Part shown: one piece after another, positions 5,193-8,947 of the stretch
Numbering within the stretch: position 1 is the first letter of the stretch
Layout: the number at the start of each line of letters is the position of its first letter
Notes under the pieces: generated by a model
Told to the model about the DNA's origin: nothing
The model's input: the letters and a program-made list of their open reading frames with translations, nothing else
The model's database searches: none
Program-made: the position numbers and the translations under genes
Origin: a virus
Lineage: Duplodnaviria > Heunggongvirae > Uroviricota > Caudoviricetes
Virus record (IMG/VR): IMGVR_UViG_2698536443_000011
Location: 1-8,947 of that record
DNA: 8,947 nucleotides
Reading direction: 5' to 3' (one strand)

Positions 5193-6704
5193 TTAGGGAT
5201 CGGCTGGGGAATTTTTTTCTTCACCCTCACCATCAACGATAATATTTAGTGCGCTCTTTTCGGCTTGAATCTCTGAGAATACTTTTTCAGGATCGTCACC
5301 ACGTTCTAATATAACGGCAGTACGTGATTTAAGTCCTTTATCAATTAAAGCAATCTCGGCGTTTACGTCTTTAATTGGATCGACGGATTCAAAACGCGGA
5401 CGAATAATAGTAGTGTTCTCGATAATATGCGGAATTGCCGTAATACGAATCGGAACAATACCACGCGCGGAATAATGGCGTAGATACGCTTCGAAAATTG
5501 GCAATACCACTGTTTCAATTAATTTGTTTTGCAGTGCTTTAACGCGCGTTCTTTGAAGTAATTCGCCGTAGCGTGCAGCGCTGTAATTTATTTGGCTAGT
5601 ATCGCCAGTTAAGCCCTGATTGAACACGCCAAGACCCATTGCTATGCTAGTGAACATACCAGCGTTAAATGAATTGAAATCATCGCCGCTTTGCGTGGAT
5701 TGAATACTCTTGATCGTTGCCCCTTCCGGCAATTCCTGAATAGTACCCGGCGCGAAATCGTGAATAACTTCCGGCGCTTGATATTGTTCATCATCTTCAC
5801 CAGTATCAAAATCGTCACCAGAATCTTTCGGACGCTCGATGAACGCCATGCTACTAGCTGAAATTCGTTTCTGGACCAGTACAGCTTCGCGGAATGCGTC
5901 TTGATGTGCGATATCCTTAATCACTGGCAGGAAGTCAGTCACCCCACGCAGAGATTCAGCCGCAAGTGGTTGATAATAATGGCATACTTGCGAAGCATCT
6001 ACGCGATAGTTATCACCTGTGTAAGTCTGAGTCAGTAGGTTGATTTTACGAAACCAAAATGCAACAGGGCGCATTGTTTCTACGTCATACTCGATCCCCT
6101 GATAGATAGCACGTTCTTTGCTTACTTCACGGTTGAGCGTCCAGTCGCACTTATCAGCAGACAGGATAGAAACATTTAACTCATTGTTTTCTTTGGTTAA
6201 AACAATGAAGCACTCACCGCCCATTACGCGCTCACGTTCAGCCATTACCAGCAATTCACGGAAGTTAAAGCGACCGTTACGAGAGAAGCGTTTAGCATTC
6301 TGCGCCCACTTCCAGAAAGCATTCTCGATCTGCTTATTCAGTGCGCTATCAAGTTTGCCATTTGATTTAACGATTGATGGCTTCGGATCTAGGCCAGTAC
6401 CTACCACCATATCGGTTATGTATTGCGTGTAGCGACTGCCTACGGAAGTGTTTAAGGCCAGAGTACGACCCTGATCATAAAGGCGCTTACCGTTCGATTT
6501 GAGAGCCTTATTGAAGGTTCCTGTAATGGTGTCTTGTTGAAGTGATCCATCAATACGATCACCAACCAGTCCTAAACTCCGTTGAGATAGGTCTTTCTGG
6601 AATTTTTCTACTTGCTTATCGATGAAAATTTTTGGTTGTTGCTGGCGGTGATTAGTTTTAACTGGAGTTTCTACCGCCTTTTTGCGTCGAAAAAGATTAA
6701 ACAT
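5193..6704 (-). CDS. Portal protein, lambda gpB family
   Basis: 503-aa ORF immediately downstream of terminase and the W-like gene. The segment FTSIAMGLGVFNQGLTGDTSQINYSAARYGELLQ parallels lambda gpB IAAGLGVSYEQLSRNYAQMSYSTARASANE (recalled from memory). Acidic C-terminus. SD TAAGGGGTAAATC-ATG. Stop TAA at 5193-5195. Confidence 0.8.
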   Translation of the reverse strand: MFNLFRRKKAVETPVKTNHRQQQPKIFIDKQVEKFQKDLSQRSLGLVGDRIDGSLQQDTITGTFNKALKSNGKRLYDQGRTLALNTSVGSRYTQYITDMVVGTGLDPKPSIVKSNGKLDSALNKQIENAFWKWAQNAKRFSRNGRFNFRELLVMAERERVMGGECFIVLTKENNELNVSILSADKCDWTLNREVSKERAIYQGIEYDVETMRPVAFWFRKINLLTQTYTGDNYRVDASQVCHYYQPLAAESLRGVTDFLPVIKDIAHQDAFREAVLVQKRISASSMAFIERPKDSGDDFDTGEDDEQYQAPEVIHDFAPGTIQELPEGATIKSIQSTQSGDDFNSFNAGMFTSIAMGLGVFNQGLTGDTSQINYSAARYGELLQRTRVKALQNKLIETVVLPIFEAYLRHYSARGIVPIRITAIPHIIENTTIIRPRFESVDPIKDVNAEIALIDKGLKSRTAVILERGDDPEKVFSEIQAEKSALNIIVDGEGEEKNSPADP

Positions 6705-6714
6705 GATTTACCCC

Positions 6715-7212
6715 TTATCGCGTAAGACGTAATTTGATATTTTTAATCGGGCTAATTCCCTGTTTACGTCGTTCGGCTTGAATTAATTTAGATAACTGAC
6801 GTTCATAATCGACTTTTAGAGTCTGGAGAACACCCAATGACTCATAAACGAAAGTATTCCCTTTCACTGTCATTTGAGATAATGCGGCTTCGTCCCCAGA
6901 TAAACGGGCGAAAATAACTTGCTCGATTAAGGCGATAGTTTCCCGCAGATATTCTTTTTTGGATTGTTTGGCGAATACTGGTAAAACAGTTAATTCCTGC
7001 ATTGATATCAGTTCTTCTTCCAAAGTTATTACGATGGTATATTTACCTTCGGCAAAATCTAAGGTTTTAATCTCATGATTAGCCGGAGAATCATCAACCT
7101 GATAGATGATACCTTTATTATTATTTCCTACCTGAATTGTTACACCCTCTTCATTCGCCAGCGTGACTTTTTCGCCTTTACGAATTACTAAGGGAATTAG
7201 TTCTAAACTCAT
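6715..7212 (-). CDS. Hypothetical virion morphogenesis protein; C-terminal third weakly resembles lambda gpW (head completion), N-terminal ~90 aa unassigned
   Basis: 165-aa ORF filling the gap between terminase and portal genes, the position gpW occupies in lambda. Shine-Dalgarno TAAGGGGTAATT precedes the ATG. Its TAA stop is embedded in the portal gene's SD. The C-terminal LGVLQTLKVDYERQLSKLIQAERRKQG loosely resembles lambda gpW (SVSDLKKYIAELEVQTG...RRRG). The functional call is weak. Confidence 0.5.
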   Translation of the reverse strand: MSLELIPLVIRKGEKVTLANEEGVTIQVGNNNKGIIYQVDDSPANHEIKTLDFAEGKYTIVITLEEELISMQELTVLPVFAKQSKKEYLRETIALIEQVIFARLSGDEAALSQMTVKGNTFVYESLGVLQTLKVDYERQLSKLIQAERRKQGISPIKNIKLRLTR

Positions 7213-7284
7213 AATTACCCCTTATTTAATTGTTATTGGATTAACAATATTTAGGAGTAAGCCGCCCCGAAGGACGGCGAGTTA

Positions 7285-8947
7285 TTAGAACGATGTTACC
7301 CAGCTACGGCCTCTATTTGGGCGTCTGGCGATGTTTTGACGTTGTGGTCGTGTGATTGGCTTAGTTTCTTCGATTTGCTCGTTAGATTGCGTTTCAGGAG
7401 CTTTTACGGGTTCTTCGACAACACGGTTTAAGCTGTCTTTCATTGCAATGAGTTTATCCCATGACATTTTTGAAAGGACGTAGCGAGAAGCAGCATAGCT
7501 ATAAACCAGACAGTCGAGAGCCTCGTTTCGGGTACTACCTGGATTTTTCACCCAACGCACGCCAGTAGTAGTACGCTTGATGGATTCACTCAAAAGCTGA
7601 TCGAGATAATCATCAGGGACGGTGTCTGATATTTCTAAGGCAATATGAGGATTATCTTTCAGGTTTCTAACCAGCATTTCACGAACAGCAGATTTACCAA
7701 CGTTAACGCCCAGCATAAGCAATTCATGACCACCTGTGCGGGTAGGTTTAACCGGAATCACTGGAGCATTACCAGATGAACTACCTTTGATCGCGTGTAG
7801 ATTCTTCCACTTGCCGCAAATACGGTATCCGGCTTGAGTGAATCGACCGTTCGATGTATCAAGGAAGCTGGCGAGCATTGGTACACGTTCACCATTAACG
7901 TTATAGAATTTGGTTTTCTTGAAGTTAACCAGGCGATCCCAAACAGGTGATTCATATCGTTCACAGTTATGATCGTAAAAGCTGCGGTGATCCAGAATGT
8001 AAACCTTATCTTTCGCTACACCTAAGATGGTAGATTCTGCGCGGTCCAATTGCTGGTCAATTCCTGAACACAAGAAAATCACGTCATCAGGGATATTCTC
8101 GATAGAAACATCTGTTTTGAGTTGTTCCAGTTCATTTGCTTCTACTGCCGTGTCCTGATCGTCGTATACCTTGCCTAACACGGTGTTATAAAATGATTGT
8201 AGATCAAAGGATTGCCACGCATGACTAAAATCAACCACACAAGCGCGGATCGTGCTGAATGGTGAATACAGACGGCTGATCCAGAATCCGGCTACTTCAC
8301 TTTCACGGGTTACTCGCCATTCACCAGCAGCCACCGCCCTGATCCGCTCTCCTTCTGTCCATGCGTTCTTACAGTGGGGGCAAATATAACGAGCGGTATC
8401 AGGATCGGGTAAGTTCTTACCATCGATGTTACGCCATTCAAATTGAACGTTTTCCCACTCGATCACCTGGTGTTCCCCGCAATGAGGACACGGAACAAAA
8501 AACATACGCATATCACTTGATAACCATTGCTGGTTAATGCTTCCCAGCTTACTGGTCGGGGTACTGGATACGACTAATCGGCCTTCGTCGCCAAAGGTAG
8601 TTAAACGGTTAGCAGCCAGTGCCACCGGATCACCTTCTTCTGAGGCTGTAGCAGCATCGATTTCGTCTAGTAGTCCGACCTTTGCAGTCTTACCGCGCAG
8701 GGTCGATGGACTGGTTAGCGATACCATGTACAGGAAGTGATTCGTTTTTAGCTGTAGCTGGTTATTGTTGTTAACCGCATTGCGATCATTCTTGTCTGTA
8801 ACCACGTCTTTTAATGCATCACATGCTTCGATAGACGGTCGGTGAACCGCCCCGGGTTTCCTGGAGAGTGTTTTATCTGTGAACTCAGGCTGCCAGATCA
8901 TCGTTTCCGATGGAAGCATAATAAGCTTTTTCTGCTTCTGCCGGAGG
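7285..8947 (-). CDS. terL: Terminase large subunit, lambda gpA family; 5'-partial (reading frame stays open to the window edge at 8947, so the true start lies outside the window)
   Basis: Translation contains the paired Cys/His motifs [16 protein letters not shown] and [12 protein letters not shown], plus [17 protein letters not shown] and [15 protein letters not shown]. From memory these match lambda gpA (FHVACPHCGEEQ / ARYICE / AYSPFTTW / AGIDSQLDRYE / RRNEALDCFVYALAA). The VGLLDEIDA stretch resembles a Walker-B-like segment. The frame upstream of the first Met (8919) has no stop before 8947. Stop TAA at 7285-7287. Confidence 0.85.
   Translation of the reverse strand, partial: LRQKQKKLIMLPSETMIWQPEFTDKTLSRKPGAVHRPSIEACDALKDVVTDKNDRNAVNNNNQLQLKTNHFLYMVSLTSPSTLRGKTAKVGLLDEIDAATASEEGDPVALAANRLTTFGDEGRLVVSSTPTSKLGSINQQWLSSDMRMFFVPCPHCGEHQVIEWENVQFEWRNIDGKNLPDPDTARYICPHCKNAWTEGERIRAVAAGEWRVTRESEVAGFWISRLYSPFSTIRACVVDFSHAWQSFDLQSFYNTVLGKVYDDQDTAVEANELEQLKTDVSIENIPDDVIFLCSGIDQQLDRAESTILGVAKDKVYILDHRSFYDHNCERYESPVWDRLVNFKKTKFYNVNGERVPMLASFLDTSNGRFTQAGYRICGKWKNLHAIKGSSSGNAPVIPVKPTRTGGHELLMLGVNVGKSAVREMLVRNLKDNPHIALEISDTVPDDYLDQLLSESIKRTTTGVRWVKNPGSTRNEALDCLVYSYAASRYVLSKMSWDKLIAMKDSLNRVVEEPVKAPETQSNEQIEETKPITRPQRQNIARRPNRGRSWVTSF

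Noticed and set aside
4997-5236. 79-aa minus-strand ORF spanning the portal-capsid junction
   Set aside because: Runs out of frame across the portal stop, the intergenic hairpin and the capsid start. Incompatible with the well-supported flanking genes.
6118-6432. 104-aa plus-strand ORF inside the portal gene
   Set aside because: Antisense to a well-supported portal gene, with no RBS.
7758-8740. ORFs 7758-7964 (-) and 8537-8740 (+) inside the terminase gene
   Set aside because: Alternative-frame or antisense ORFs within the terminase coding sequence, with no independent signals.
1-8947. Defence system, toxin-antitoxin pair, integrase, att site, tRNA or IS element
   Set aside because: Looked for on both strands. 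Every sizeable ORF is accounted for by a virion morphogenesis function, intergenic space is minimal, and no cloverleaf-like or transposase-like sequence was recognised.

Overview
The window reads as one tightly packed, minus-strand late (virion morphogenesis) operon of a tailed dsDNA phage or prophage. All eight convincing genes run from high to low coordinates: a 5'-truncated lambda gpA-type large terminase, a 165-aa protein with a possibly gpW-like C-terminus, a lambda gpB-type portal, a single 670-aa 'tripartite' head gene (prohead protease + acidic scaffold linker + HK97-fold major capsid protein), FII-like and U-like head-tail joining proteins, a V-like major tail tube protein, and a repeat-rich tail-fiber-like protein. 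Family assignments rest on motifs I recognise by eye in the supplied translations; no database search was run. I see no rRNA, tRNA, CRISPR array, transposase, integrase or recognisable defence or toxin genes, so I cannot point to a new 'system' in the defence sense. The features most worth a second look are: (i) a 42-codon in-frame open extension past the capsid UGA stop, with a GC hairpin just downstream and the real terminator placed after the second stop; (ii) a fiber gene placed directly after the tube gene, separated by a terminator, with no G/GT/tape-measure genes in the window; (iii) a ~50-aa KPTPxEIGA module shared by the tube protein C-terminus and the fiber; and (iv) the protease-scaffold-capsid fusion itself. 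Coordinates of hairpins and motifs were counted by hand.
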